From: Octopus bimaculoides
Taxonomy: Eukaryota
Assembly (NCBI RefSeq): GCF_001194135.2
Contig: NC_068983.1
Span: 112,845,808 to 112,909,506, forward strand
Direction: 5' to 3'
DNA: 63,699 nucleotides
Both the position numbers and the translations under genes were made by a program. The notes under the pieces were generated by a model. The model made no database searches. It saw only the letters and a list, made by a program, of their open reading frames with translations, and had not been told where the DNA came from. Of the stretch, positions 25,306-37,615 are shown piece by piece (within the stretch, counting starts at the first letter, position 1; each line of letters opens with the position of its first letter).

Positions 25306-26284
25306 GATAGAATGGATTTTCATACAGATTCTGTAAACAAAATTTCACTTACAAGTGAAATATTCCCATGTCATTTCCAAAAGATATCTAGGCTAATAAA
25401 TATTATGTACCTTCTAACTTATCTGCTTTAATTCCTTTAATTCCTTGATTTTTTTAAAGATTTCATAAAAGGCTCAATAGTATTTTTAAGCAACAAACAA
25501 AATATGATGAAACAAATTGTATTAGTAAATTTGTAAAAGACACTTGCCCAATGTTCTATGCAGTGGGATTGAATCTAAAGCTACATACTTGTAAACCAAA
25601 CCTCTTAACTCACAGCCATAAAATCTCTCCACTGATTTTGATTTAATCAATATATGGTTGAGAATCCAAAGAGAATTTAATTGCTTAGCAACAGATTATT
25701 GCACATGGGTTAGACATTTTAAAGTCAGTGATTGACAAAGCATTCAGAGAGTTTAAATAATTCCCAGAGGATTGAATGAACTGTGTTCTGATATTCTCTG
25801 TGTTTCTCATAGTTTAAACTTATTTTAATTTATTTTCTCTCTGTTTTTGTTTTCTTTGCTGAAAACTCAAAATCATTTTAAAATAACAACAAATGAACTA
25901 AAACTGAGATTGTCATCTTATTTGCAGTGTAACTAATAATGAGTAAACATAACAAGAAGGGCATACCATTTCATGCTGCAAGAAAAAAAGTGCACATAAA
26001 TGAATTAGCTCCAGTAGAGTTCATGCTTTTGTGTGTACTTAAGAAAAGAGTGAACCAAATTCCATTTTAGCAATATTTGATTTCAATATTTAAAGCCACC
26101 AAATTAGGTTGCATGGAAGCACTTAGTGCAGTTCTCTACCAGCTACATTCCTTCTACAACTTGATAATATTTGTGTAAAATGATAGGTATTAAATAAAGG
26201 ATGATGAGTAATTTGTAGTATAAGTTGTTGCTTTAGTTACTGACAATGCTAGTATTTAGCAAAACAGAAACAAGAAAAAAATGT

Positions 26285-26432
26285 TCAGTTCTATATTTAA
26301 GAGATGAGGAATTATGTACACATTCGACGGATATTTGTCCTCATTTTGTTTGTTGTTAACACAACATTTCAGCTGATATACCCTCCAGCCTTCTTCAGGT
26401 GTCTTGGGGAAATTTCGATGGTATTTTTTCGA

Positions 26433-26486
<54 letters not shown>

Positions 26487-26568
26487 GATTATCATTATAA
26501 TTATTATTATTATTATTATTATCATTGTTATTGTTCAGGTCACTGCTTAACCACCATGCCATATGCCC
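26285..26568 (-). mobile_element. tRNA-headed, hammerhead-containing SINE-like element, minus copy (B box deleted)
   Basis: Reverse complement aligns to 26571-26835 with a 42-nt deletion at AAG microhomology and a ~22-nt deletion upstream of the hammerhead. Confidence 0.8.
26358..26403 (-). ncRNA. Minimal type I hammerhead ribozyme motif, CpG-decayed
   Basis: GACAC CUGAAGA A GGCUG GAGGGUAUAU CAGCU GAAA U GU U GUGUU; two C>T changes relative to the plus copy. Confidence 0.6.
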
Positions 26569-26570
26569 AT

Positions 26571-26641
26571 GGGCATTTGGTGTAGTGGTTAAGAGCATGG
26601 GCTACTAACCCTAAGATTCCGAGTTAGATTCCAAGCAGTGA

Positions 26642-26677
<36 letters not shown>

Positions 26678-26835
26678 TAACATCGAAAAAATACCTTAGG
26701 AACGAGAACCCAGGTTCGAAATTTCCCCAAGACACCTGAAGAAGGCTGGAGGGTATATCAGCCGAAACGTTGTGTTAACAACAAACAAGATGAAGACAAA
26801 TATCCGTCAAATGTAAATAATGTAAATAATGTACG
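26571..26835 (+). mobile_element. tRNA-headed, hammerhead-containing SINE-like element, plus copy
   Basis: A box TGGTGTAGTGG at +8 (26578-26588), anticodon-like arm ggg-ctactaa-ccc, B box GAGTTAGATTCC (26621-26632), (AAT)n tract, then hammerhead. Confidence 0.8.
26731..26776 (+). ncRNA. Minimal type I hammerhead ribozyme motif (Penelope-type)
   Basis: Stem I GACAC/GUGUU, core CUGAAGA, extra A, stem II GGCUG/CAGCC, GAAA, palindromic ACGU stem III, GUU cleavage triplet ending at 26771. Confidence 0.75.
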
Positions 26836-26944
26836 AAAAAATGTATTTACTAAATATAAAAGAAGCTGTTGTCATTGCTATTAGGATGAAGCTAAAAATA
26901 TAGCAAAAGCTACAGTGCTTCTTATGATAAACTAAAATTTACTA

Positions 26945-27363
26945 GTAATGTTTATATGCCAACAGAATGTAACAGTCTTATAACGGACGATGCTACTGTT
27001 GTTATAGCCCCAAGAAAACATCTTTTCCAGCTGGCTATCAACACACAGTTTGTGTCCATATAGCATTCACAAGGGAGGTCATCACTCCCATCTCTAACCT
27101 TATGTGATGTTGACAGACCCAGGTTTCTAGGTGGTTACCTGTCCTCAGTGTGAGATGATCACATAGCCTGTAACCACCTAGAAACATGGGTCTGTGAGTA
27201 TCACCTAAGGGTAGAAATGAGAGTGATAACCTCCCTTGCAAATGCTATACAAACACAAACTGTGTGTCAATAGTCAACTGGAAACAATGCTTTCCTGGGG
27301 TTATAACAACAGTAACATCGTCCTTTATAGGACTGTTATGTTCTGTTGGCATATAAACATTAC
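26945..27363. mobile_element. Foldback MITE with flanking TA dinucleotides
   Basis: Arms 26943-27138 and 27170-27365 (196 bp each, 28 mismatches by hand alignment), 31-nt loop, TA at both ends. Confidence 0.85.
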
Positions 27364-27748
27364 TATTTCATACTATTACTGTATATCTCTCACTCAGAGA
27401 TTTAAAATAAAATCTACTAATTTCTCAGCAGATAGAAAGTGGGTATTTTTACTTTGATGAAGCCTTATCAAGAAATAACTAATGAGCAGGTCAGTTGTAA
27501 GAAGCAAGCAAGAATATGTGCCAAACAGTTTCTCAGTTGATAGAAGGATATTTTTTTGTGATGAAGATCTAATAAGACCAGAGACTAATCAGACTGACTT
27601 AAATTTTTCTGCCCATGGTGAGATAGCACCTGAGACATAATCACTTCCTTCATTTTCCAAAGACAGGCAAAGATTGTATGCTTATTAAAAAGGCCTACAT
27701 TTCAAATTAATTCCAAAATACTTTAGTGCATTATTAAATGTGTGTATG

Positions 27749-27797
<49 letters not shown>

Positions 27798-28039
27798 TGA
27801 CCCCAAGAGGCTTCAGCAAGATTTTTGTCAAATTCTACATAAAAACTTTTAAAAACATTGGTTCTTTCATGGCTCTGATAGTTGGCACTTTTCCTTGGCA
27901 TTAAAATGTGATTGAAATGTAAAACTACATGGTTTGCACTTTTAAATTCTCAAACACAGCTAGCTCCACAGTACTAATTTAAAGGGATTCCTCAGAGTGT
28001 GGTGTATATATGTTAGTATGTTGTGTATGCGTATGTGTT

Positions 28040-28286
28040 TATATACAAACATGCCACCTGACTGGCTCCCATGCCGGTGACATGTAAAAGTACCATTCGC
28101 ACATGGTCGATGCCGTGCTGGTGGTATGTAAAAAGTACCCACTACACTCTTGGAGTGGGAAGGGCATCCAGCTGTAGAAGCCTTGCTGGATCAGATTGGA
28201 GCCAGGTGCAGCCTCCTGGCTTACCAATCCTCAGTCAAACCATCCAACCCATGCCAGCATGGAAAGCAGACATTAAACAATGATGA

Positions 28287-28288
<2 letters not shown>
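28040..28288 (+). mobile_element. RTE family 3' end fragment
   Basis: Matches 12850-13088 including the tail. Confidence 0.85.
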
Positions 28289-28331
<43 letters not shown>

Positions 28332-29932
28332 TATACATACACCAAATGATATAATTGTCCTGTAGCTTATTGATCAGACTACACTTCAGAATATATCAAG
28401 ATTTTGTCATTAGCAATAGATATTCAGGCACCAAATATCATTAAAATGAACTTTTATTTTAATGTTTCCTCTACATTTTTAGTGATCAAAAAATCACAGT
28501 AAAAATCTTAGATACTTTTAGCTTTGTATGAAAAACTCCTTATTTCTCAAACACAAATCAATATTATATAAAGTACTTCTTAGATAGTGAAATTTCACTT
28601 TGTCCAAGTATGACATTGTTAACAACAACAGCAATACCATAAACAACATACCACCAAATAAGTAAATTGTCTAAGATGGTGTAAGTATTCAATCAGCTTA
28701 ATTTGATCTTCACATCTAAATCTATATTCATTCCAGTGCTATTAGAGTAGCTGTAAAATTCCTCCTATTGATAATATGAAACATTTAAATAACTACCAGG
28801 ATAAAATTCACATTTAAACTACTTTACATCATTTGGTATCAAAAATAAAACATGTTCCTGGTATTATTTGCTAATACCCTTCCTGTGATGTGAGTGAATT
28901 TTCAAAAATATCGAAAACCATCCACAAGCTCTCATAGAAGAAAGCAGTATAAATGAAAACAAGTAGCTGATATCATCATCACCATCACTCAAATATCTGC
29001 TTGAAAATTATCTGACAGACAGAAATGTAGTGATGTGATAATAACTATAGTATTGTAGCAAGGAAGTGAGTTGTTGGGCAATTACCAAGTGATGTGCAAT
29101 CTACATTTAAAAAAAACCACTTTAAAACCATACTCTGAGAATAATTTTTCTTCTTTTCCTCAGTTATCATTAGATAACAGAATATAGAAAAAAAAAAAAA
29201 AAACTCAACCATTCTCATATAAAAAGTTATTGACGTCATTGTTGGATATTCTTGCAACATGTGTGGAAAATCAAGAAGATACAATCCTAAAAGAACAGCT
29301 AGGAAATAACTGCAGCATATCTAGTAATTAAATAATTTAATGTAAGGAACCTATGTAGATTATGAATCCAGAGGAAAGTATCACCAGTTTGCTCCACAAT
29401 GGAATCAAATATTTAGATGTCGTTGTAAGGTGTAAGATGAATAAGTTCATAGACACCACATCTTATGAAGATCTGACTAGGAAGAAATTCAATATGTTCC
29501 AAGTTTGAAGAGAAGTTAATAATTTCAAAGAATGCACTCAAGGCAATGAGGTCTAAACTTATTTATCAAAAAGAAAAAAGAAAAGAAATAGAGTTACACC
29601 AATGAGCCATAGTTTATCTTAAGTTTACTTCTATTGCATAAATTGTACACAGAAAGATGAAATAAAACAAAATCTCCTATAAACAGAGGTCAAATTCGGG
29701 TAAGTCAAAAATTATTTTCATCTTAGATATAAAATAAAATTAAGGATTTCTACCATAATGCACCATGAATGAATATTCTCATGATAGAAAACTATCTCAA
29801 CTCAAATAGAAAATTGTGAAATATGAAATATGAAATGTTTACAGAAGCTGTGAGAAGATGCAAAATGAGAAAGCATCAGTTTAACAATGATAGTTGGATA
29901 TTGGCTGACATTTTAGAGAAAGTCATTCCAAT

Positions 29933-30420
29933 GTCATCATCATCATCATCATCATCGTTTAACGTCTGCTTTCCATGCTGGCATGGGTTGGACGGTTTGA
30001 CTGAGGACTGGTAAGCCAGATGGCTGCACCAGGTTCCAATCTGATCTGGCAGAGTTTCTACAGTTGGATGCCCTTCCTAATGCCAACCACTCTGAGAGTG
30101 TAGTGGGTGCTTTTATGTGCCACCGGGACGAGGTCAGTCAGGCGGTACTGGTGATAGCCATGCTCAGATGGTGTTTTTTATGTGCCACCTGCACAGGAGC
30201 CATGCTCAAATGTTGTTTTTTATGTGCCACCAGCACAAGTGCCAGTAAGGCGATGCTGATAATGATCACGCTCGAATGGTACTTCTTATGTGCCACCAGC
30301 ACGGGAGCCAGTCAGCAACCCTGGCAACGATCATGCTCGGATGGTGCTTTTAACATTCCACTGGCATGGGTGCCAATCAGGTGGTGCTGTCATCGGCCAC
30401 GTCAGCGAATTTGATTTTGA
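29933..30420 (-). mobile_element. RTE family 3' UTR fragment with hairpin-repeat array
   Basis: (CAT)n tail, then ttccatgctggcatgggttgg and repeated tgcttttatgtgccacc units. Confidence 0.85.
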
Positions 30421-30691
30421 TTGTGAATGTGCACAATTAAAAGAGCAATGGAAGGCCGTATTGATATACGATACTCCGTGTACATTTAAAAGAACTATGG
30501 CAACCAGAATTAATATAGCAAATTGTGTTGCCATGGAACAGGCAACTCCTTTTTGGTAGAAAACTGTAGGTGTGTTGTTTACTTAAGCTAAGCATTTTGC
30601 CTTACACAAACTGTTTTGATAAATGCTTCAAAAAAACAAGCCTTATCAAGTAGTAATTGATGAGCAGGTCAAGCAAGAATATGAGCCAAAA

Positions 30692-31378
30692 CATCACCAT
30701 CATCATCATACGATGTCTGTTGTCCATGCTGGCATGGGGTTGGACAGTTTGATCAGACCTGGCAAGCTGGAAGGCTGCACCAGACACCAGTCTGAGAGTG
30801 TAATGGTGTTTTTACATGCCATTAGTATGGATGCCTTTTGTGTGACACCAGTATCTGCCATGAATGTGGTTTTACTTTGCTTGATAGATCTTCTTCTGAA
30901 GTACAGCATAATGCCAACTGGACTCGGTCCTTGCTTCCATGAAGTCCAACGCTTGAAAAGTGCTTTTATGCACCACCGCCACAGGTGTCATTTGTGTGAC
31001 ACCAGTATATGCTCTGACTGCAATTTTACTTGGCTTGATGGGTCTTCTTTTCAAGGAGAACATAATGCCAAAGGTCTCAGTTATTGCCTCTGTAAGGCCC
31101 AACACTCGAAAGGAGCTCAATCACTTTGCCTCTGTGATGCTCATTCCTTGAAAGATACATCTTACGTGCCACCTCCATGGGGGTCAGTTACATGACACCA
31201 GCATCAGCCACAACTATGATTTCACTTGGCTTGATGGGTCCTCTCAAGCACAGCATATCATCGAAGATCTTAGTCACTAGTCATTGCCTCTTCAAGGCCC
31301 AAAGTTCGAAAATCATGCTTCACCACCTCGTCCCATATCTTCCTAGGTCTACCTCTACCACAGGTCCCCTCCAGTGTT
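30692..31378 (-). mobile_element. RTE family 3' fragment (ORF end plus rearranged 3' UTR)
   Basis: 31240-31378 matches the reverse complement of the RGRPRKTWDEV region; the ORF-end/UTR junction is reiterated about three times. Confidence 0.75.
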
Positions 31379-33314
31379 AGAGATCCAAACTTCTGCCAAA
31401 TACAAATATTAGAGACCTAATATAGTCATTACGACAGAAAAGTGATGTAATTTTCTTGACTACAGCTGTCAAAAAAAAGAAATTGATATTTTTTCCAAAT
31501 CATTCAGAAAGAGAATATTTATGGACAGTTCTTCAAAACCTACAATCTTTTAAACCAGATTTTAAATAATCCTTGGTGCATTTGATTGTTACTGAATGTC
31601 TCCTAGTTATTCCTCTAGAAGTATATTATTCACCATTGTTTTCTCGAAAGTTGATATACTTAAATCTGTTATTCAGACAATATTTTTTCATTGTTGACTT
31701 GAATAATTTCTGAGATGTCCCTGATTTACAGGATTAGTGTTTCTTGCAACCTAGAATAGTTCAGTGGTAATAATTGCACCCCATTTGATATGGCTTTAAC
31801 AGGGGTTCGATGAGTACACTAGCAGGGAATTTTACATTTTCAATTTTAAAAGACACCATTTATAAATAGTAACTTCTGATGACTGAAATGCTATAATTTG
31901 TCTTGTTCGTTGTTCTGAGTTTGTATTTTGTTTTTAGAATTATTTTTGTCATGTCATGATGATAATGTCTGACAATGTTCAAGTCCCACTTTATGGCAGC
32001 ACATTTTTTACTTGTTAATATTTTTCATTTGTTATTCATTTACTCACACGTGCACACATGCATGCATGTGTATATATGTTTGTATGACTTATGATAGTAT
32101 CACATATCAAACTTACCAGAATGTGTGTAGGAGATTTACATACAGTTGTTATATCAACCAAACTATCTTTATTTTGTGTCTACTAATGATGGCTTATATT
32201 ACTTTGATACTAATATGAAACAATAGTATAGTTACTGAAATATACTCACAAACACATATTGCCACACACAAAAATCATGCAAACAATTTTGACAGCATCA
32301 TTGCTTGTATATGCATTCAATCCAACATATATACACAGCTGAATAAATAAATGCATACATTCACAAACATCAAGTACTACTATTAAGTAATATTATTATA
32401 TCTTGTCCTATATAAGGAAAATAGAATCCAATTTCAACTAGTTTCACAAAACAGTAATGCACCTTACCAAGAAACACAAGACAATTACTTCAACAAGATT
32501 TGAACTTTTGAACGTATGTTCCTTTCTTCAAAAATTCTCATTTATGGACACTGGCATACTTAACTATCAGTGCAATCAATGGATGATATATGAATTTCAA
32601 GTGCTGATTACACACACACATCTACCTAGAACCATATGTATAGATATATTTGCTATAGGCAATTATTAGTCATTCTATGCAGTTTAAATTACAGTTATCC
32701 TTAAGCAAGCAACCAATTTTGAAATCTATTTGACAGCAAAGTGTAATTTGTATAATATTAATGAACTGGATGCTTGGTTCAAGTCATTTGAAATATAGCC
32801 TAGATTATTAAAGTATGTAACTAACATTTTCCACTCCTTTTGCATCAATGATTAATTGTGCCCTGAATCTAAATGAGAAAATACAGCGAGAATGTTCATT
32901 TCCCTTTTAACTCACTTGTACAGAAGAGGATTCACTTGTAAAATACCTCCTTCCAGCAATCAGAAAAAAAATTCAACATTTTAAGAATTAAGTTTCCTTT
33001 TGTAGCATGACAGACATATAAGTGAAACAGTTAAAAATACCATTTGAATATTCATTTCTATTTTAGAATCAGCAATGTTTTGTTTTGAATATAAAATATT
33101 ATTATTAGTTATGAATGTTTTCATATATGTGCATGAATGGAAGCTTTTTTTCCCCAAAGTACAGGTTTCAAGAGGTTTGTATATGGTTTTAATAAAAAAT
33201 TTAAAGTATAGCATTTGAAATAGTGACACATACATATATATGAAGGGAGAGAGAGATAAACAGACAGACAGATACATACATGTATTGTATGTGTGTCTGT
33301 GTGTGTACATATAT

Positions 33315-33655
33315 CTCTTTTACTCTTTTACTTGTTTCAGTCATTTGACTGTGGCCATGCTGGAACACCACCTTTAGTCGAGCAAATCGACCCCAGGACT
33401 TATTCTTTGGAAGCCTAGTACTTATTCTATCGGTCTCTTTTGCCGAGCCGCTAAGTTACGGGGCCATAAACACACCAGCATCGGTTGTCAAGCAATGTTG
33501 TGGGGACAAACACAGACACGCAAACATATACATATATACACATATATACGACAGGCTTCTTTCAGTTTCCGTCTACCAAATCCACTCACAAGGCTTCGGT
33601 CGGGCCGAGGCTATAGTACAAGACACTTTGCCCAAGATGCCACGGAGTAGGGCTG
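33315..33655 (-). mobile_element. SINE family A (truncated by gap)
   Basis: High similarity to 50170-50622. Confidence 0.85.
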
Positions 33656-33914
33656 NNNNNNNNNNNNNNNNNNNNNNNNNNNNNNNNNNNNNNNNNNNNN
33701 NNNNNNNNNNNNNNNNNNNNNNNNNNNNNNNNNNNNNNNNNNNNNNNNNNNNNNNNNNNNNNNNNNNNNNNNNNNNNNNNNNNNNNNNNNNNNNNNNNNN
33801 NNNNNNNNNNNNNNNNNNNNNNNNNNNNNNNNNNNNNNNNNNNNNNNNNNNNNNNNNNNNNNNNNNNNNNNNNNNNNNNNNNNNNNNNNNNNNNNNNNNN
33901 ATATATATATATAT

Positions 33915-34305
33915 ATAGGTACAGACATCACTATGTAGTAAGAAGCTTGCTTCCTAATCACATGGTTCCGGGTTCAGTCCTGCTGCATGGCACCTTGAGC
34001 AAGTGTCTTCTACTATAGCCAGCCACAGCCTTGAGTGGATTCAGTAGACAGAAACTGAAAGAAGCCTGTCGTATGTGTGGGGGGTTGCGTCTTTGTGTCT
34101 GTGCTTGTCCTCCCATCACTACGTGACAACTGGTGTTGGTGTGCTTACGTCCCTATAGCTTACCATTATGGCAAAAGAGACTAATAGAATAAGTACTAGG
34201 TTTGAAAAATACATCTTGAGGTCGATTTATTCAACTAAACCCCTACAAAACAGTGTTCCAGCATGGCTGCAGTTAAATGGCTGAAGCAAATAAAAAAAGT
34301 AAAAG
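33915..34305 (+). mobile_element. SINE family A
   Basis: Head cacatggttccgggttcagtcc; 3' end matches the family. Confidence 0.8.
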
Positions 34306-34306
34306 A

Positions 34307-34344
<38 letters not shown>

Positions 34345-34374
34345 GTCTTTTTGCTTTGATAATTTGTAACAGGT

Positions 34375-34580
34375 GGTAAGCAAGCTTCACAGTCATGCAA
34401 AAGTTGTCCTTCATTTCCAATCTCCCGAGACATATCGGATCATGGGAGATATTACATTATTTGGAAAAAGGGGATGGTTGTTGATTGGAAAGGCATCTGA
34501 CCATAGAAAAATCTACCTCAATAAATTCCATCTAACTCATGCTAACATGGAAAAATTGATGTAAAATGATGATGATGATA
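34375..34580 (+). mobile_element. SINE-like family E with RTE-type tail
   Basis: Homologous to 25058-25305; ends catgctaacatggaaaaattgatgtaaaatgatgatgat. Confidence 0.55.
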
Positions 34581-35093
34581 TACATACACAATAAATGATT
34601 TGAAATTATACTTACATATACTTAAATATTAACAAATCCTCATATTACTTTGAAGTCAGTTAAATTCCCATTTATTTACTGTATGTAATTTTAGTGCTTC
34701 TAAAATAGAATCTTCCACAATATGTGAGAAAAAGATTCAGTTTCTTTAGTATTTTGCTGTAATATGTAATTTGTTTTATCTGATGTTTTCTATAGCTCAA
34801 CTGTAACTATATTTTTCTCATACATTTCATATATCACATGATGTATTTCAGGCTATTCTACATGATTTCTTTTATCCTCCTAATAAAATTATATATTTTG
34901 TCTCCCTTTCTGCCTTATCATAAAAGAGATGGCTTTGTACATGGAATGCGTATATACATATGTTTATGTAAAAGTAAGAATTAAATTTATAACAATAAAA
35001 TGTAAGACAAATTTGCTAATCTACACATACTGTAGTAGTAAAAGTGTTGTTTTATATTAAAATAATTTTCATCTGATTATCTATGTTAATATT

Positions 35094-35127
<34 letters not shown>

Positions 35128-35243
35128 NNNNNNNNNNNNNNNNNNNNNNNNNNNNNNNNNNNNNNNNNNNNNNNNNNNNNNNNNNNNNNNNNNNNNNNNN
35201 NNNNNNNNNNNNNNNNNNNNNNNNNNNNNNNNNNNNNNNNNNN

Positions 35244-35570
35244 CTGCGTGGCACCTTGGGCAAGTGTCTTCTACTATAGCCTCGGGCCGACTGTGAAAGA
35301 ATCCCGTCGTATATATGTATATGTATGTGTGTATGTGTGTGTGTATATGTTTGTGTGTCTGTGTTTGTCCCCCCAACATTGCTTAACAACCGATGCTGGT
35401 GTGTTTACGTCCCCGTAACTTAGCGGTTCGGCAAAAGAGACCGATAGAATAAGTACTAGGCTTACAAAGAATAAGCCCTGGGGTCGATTTGCTCGACTAA
35501 AGGCCACAGTCAAATGACTGAAACAAGTAATGGAGTAAAAGAGTAAAGAGTAAAAGAATAAAGAGTAAAG
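35244..35570 (+). mobile_element. SINE family A (head in gap)
   Basis: CpG-rich copy matching 3300-3694. Confidence 0.85.
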
Positions 35571-36109
35571 AGTATATATATTGGTTGGTAGAATCATATG
35601 GCACTATGTACTTCAGCAGTTCAAAATGTTTNNNNNNNNNNNNNNNNNNNNNNNNNNNNNNNNNNNNNNNNNNNNNNNNNNNNNNNNNNNNNNNNNNNNN
35701 NNNNNNNNNNNNNNNNNNNNNNNNNNNNNNNNNNNNNNNNNNNNNNNNNNNNNNNNNNNNNNNNNNNNNNNNNNNNNNNNNNNNNNNNNNNNNNNNNNNN
35801 NNNNNNNNNNNNNNNNNNNNNNNNNNNNNNNNNNNNNNNNNNNNNNNNNNNNNNNNNNNNNNNNNNNNNNNNNNNNNNNNNNNNNNNNNNNNNNNNNNNN
35901 NNNNNNNNNNNNNNNNNNNNNNNNNNNNNNNNNNNNNNNNNNNNNNNNNNNNNNNNNNNNNNNNNNNNNNNNNNNNNNNNNNNNNNNNNNNNNNNNNNNN
36001 NNNNNNNNNNNNNNNNNNNNNNNNNNNNNNNNNNNNNNNNNNNNNNNNNNNNNNNNNNNNNNNNNNNNNTAATGTATTTTAAATAATTATGTACTTAGTA
36101 TATATATAA

Positions 36110-36508
36110 GGATTTACTTTTCGTAATGAGATAAAAAAAACCAAGGCTGTGTATAATATAGAACATTTATAAATAGAATGTCTTACAGCTGTTTCCAGGA
36201 TATTTATTATATCCCTTCATCGGAGATGGTCTGAGAGGATGATTAAGCAATAGTTAGTTTAGTTAAGATAGGAAATAGAGAGTGAATGTAGGGATATTGT
36301 ATTTGTAAATCCATTGTTTAGGCAGAATGGTATGCATATAAGATTCCAATACCTTGTGAGTAAAATCCAATTGTTTTTAAGATTGGTCGTTGCCTTTGTA
36401 AATCCATTATTAAGATTCCAATACCCTATGAGTAAAATCCATTCTATTTATAAATGTTCTATATTATACACAGCCTTGTTTTTTTGTCTCATTACGAAAA
36501 GTAAATCC
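36110..36508. repeat. Inverted repeat with ~70-bp arms in an element bounded by TA tracts
   Basis: 36110-36180 is a near-perfect reverse complement of 36440-36508; the spacer contains short direct repeats (taagattccaatacc.t.tgagtaaaatcca twice). Confidence 0.85.
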
Positions 36509-37536
36509 CTAAATTCACACGCTGATATATGACCTACGTTGGACCCCTTATTCGCATAACCACTGAACCTGGAGCTTAACTGTTGTCTATCCATAGCACT
36601 TACTTGGCAGTACCTAAAACCTCTGGGTCTAATTGACACCACTATCGCTCATAACCTATATATATATATATGCACTGAATAAGATGCCTTCATTAAGTTA
36701 CAGTCTTTTATAAGCTGAGTTCAAGTACCCTGAGATCAATTGTACCTTTCGACTTTCCAGAATAAATAAATCGAATTACTTATCATTTCTGCATTTTATT
36801 TAAGATTCCTATAAACTATCCTAGATTGAATGATTTCATAACAGTAAATAGCATGTTAGCATTAATATTTGGAAAATCTGTTTGCTTGGTTAAGATGAAC
36901 CATACTAAATCAATGCAGTTAACAATAAGTTTATATGAACTTTTAGTGCTCTGGTAACTTAATAATCCACTGATGGTTATTAACTGTTGTCACAAAATGT
37001 ATATTTTTCCATGCATGAACTACGTTAACAGCTTTCTTAAACTCATTCTTATTCATAAATCTAATCTTCTTCGCCAGTCAATCACCTTATGTTCTACATA
37101 AATTCAAAATTGTTTAAGATATAGTCAGCAACATGTGCACGTTTACTTATTACATGTTATAGCAAGTAAGAAAATGCAGTAATCATTCTGTTTTGAGGAC
37201 TTGACATTATATCAGCTAATTAACTTGTTTAACATGTGTTTTCTTCTTTTTCCCTCTGCTTTTTCTCTCTGTTTTCTTTTATTTTATTGTTTCTTTGATT
37301 TCACAAATTACTATCTATTCAGAAGTTATTTCTTTAGTTTATTTATCTAAACGTTCAAATTATATATTTTCCTGTTTCTTCTATTCTGTCAGTAGCATGT
37401 GATACAACGTTTATGTACACAGCCACATTCATGCAGATGCATTTGTCACAAGCAATAGCCAAACAAACATGATCATTGAAATGCATATCTTATATCTACA
37501 CTTGTATAAACACAACTCATCATTTTTCTTTCTCCC

Positions 37537-37538
<2 letters not shown>

Positions 37539-37612
<74 letters not shown>
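37539..37612. repeat. (CT)n microsatellite
   Basis: Direct reading. Confidence 0.95.

Positions 37613-37615
<3 letters not shown>

Noticed and set aside
26571-26645. Functional tRNA gene
   Set aside because: No proper acceptor stem, an altered B box, and it continues into a repeat body; treated as a SINE head. The same applies to 2095 and 48237.
35581-36086. Long ORFs containing X runs (also at 3234-3629, 33611-33961, 55137-57317, 58101-59012)
   Set aside because: They are open only because N gaps contain no stops; only the RTE-derived flanks of 55137-56546 are meaningful.
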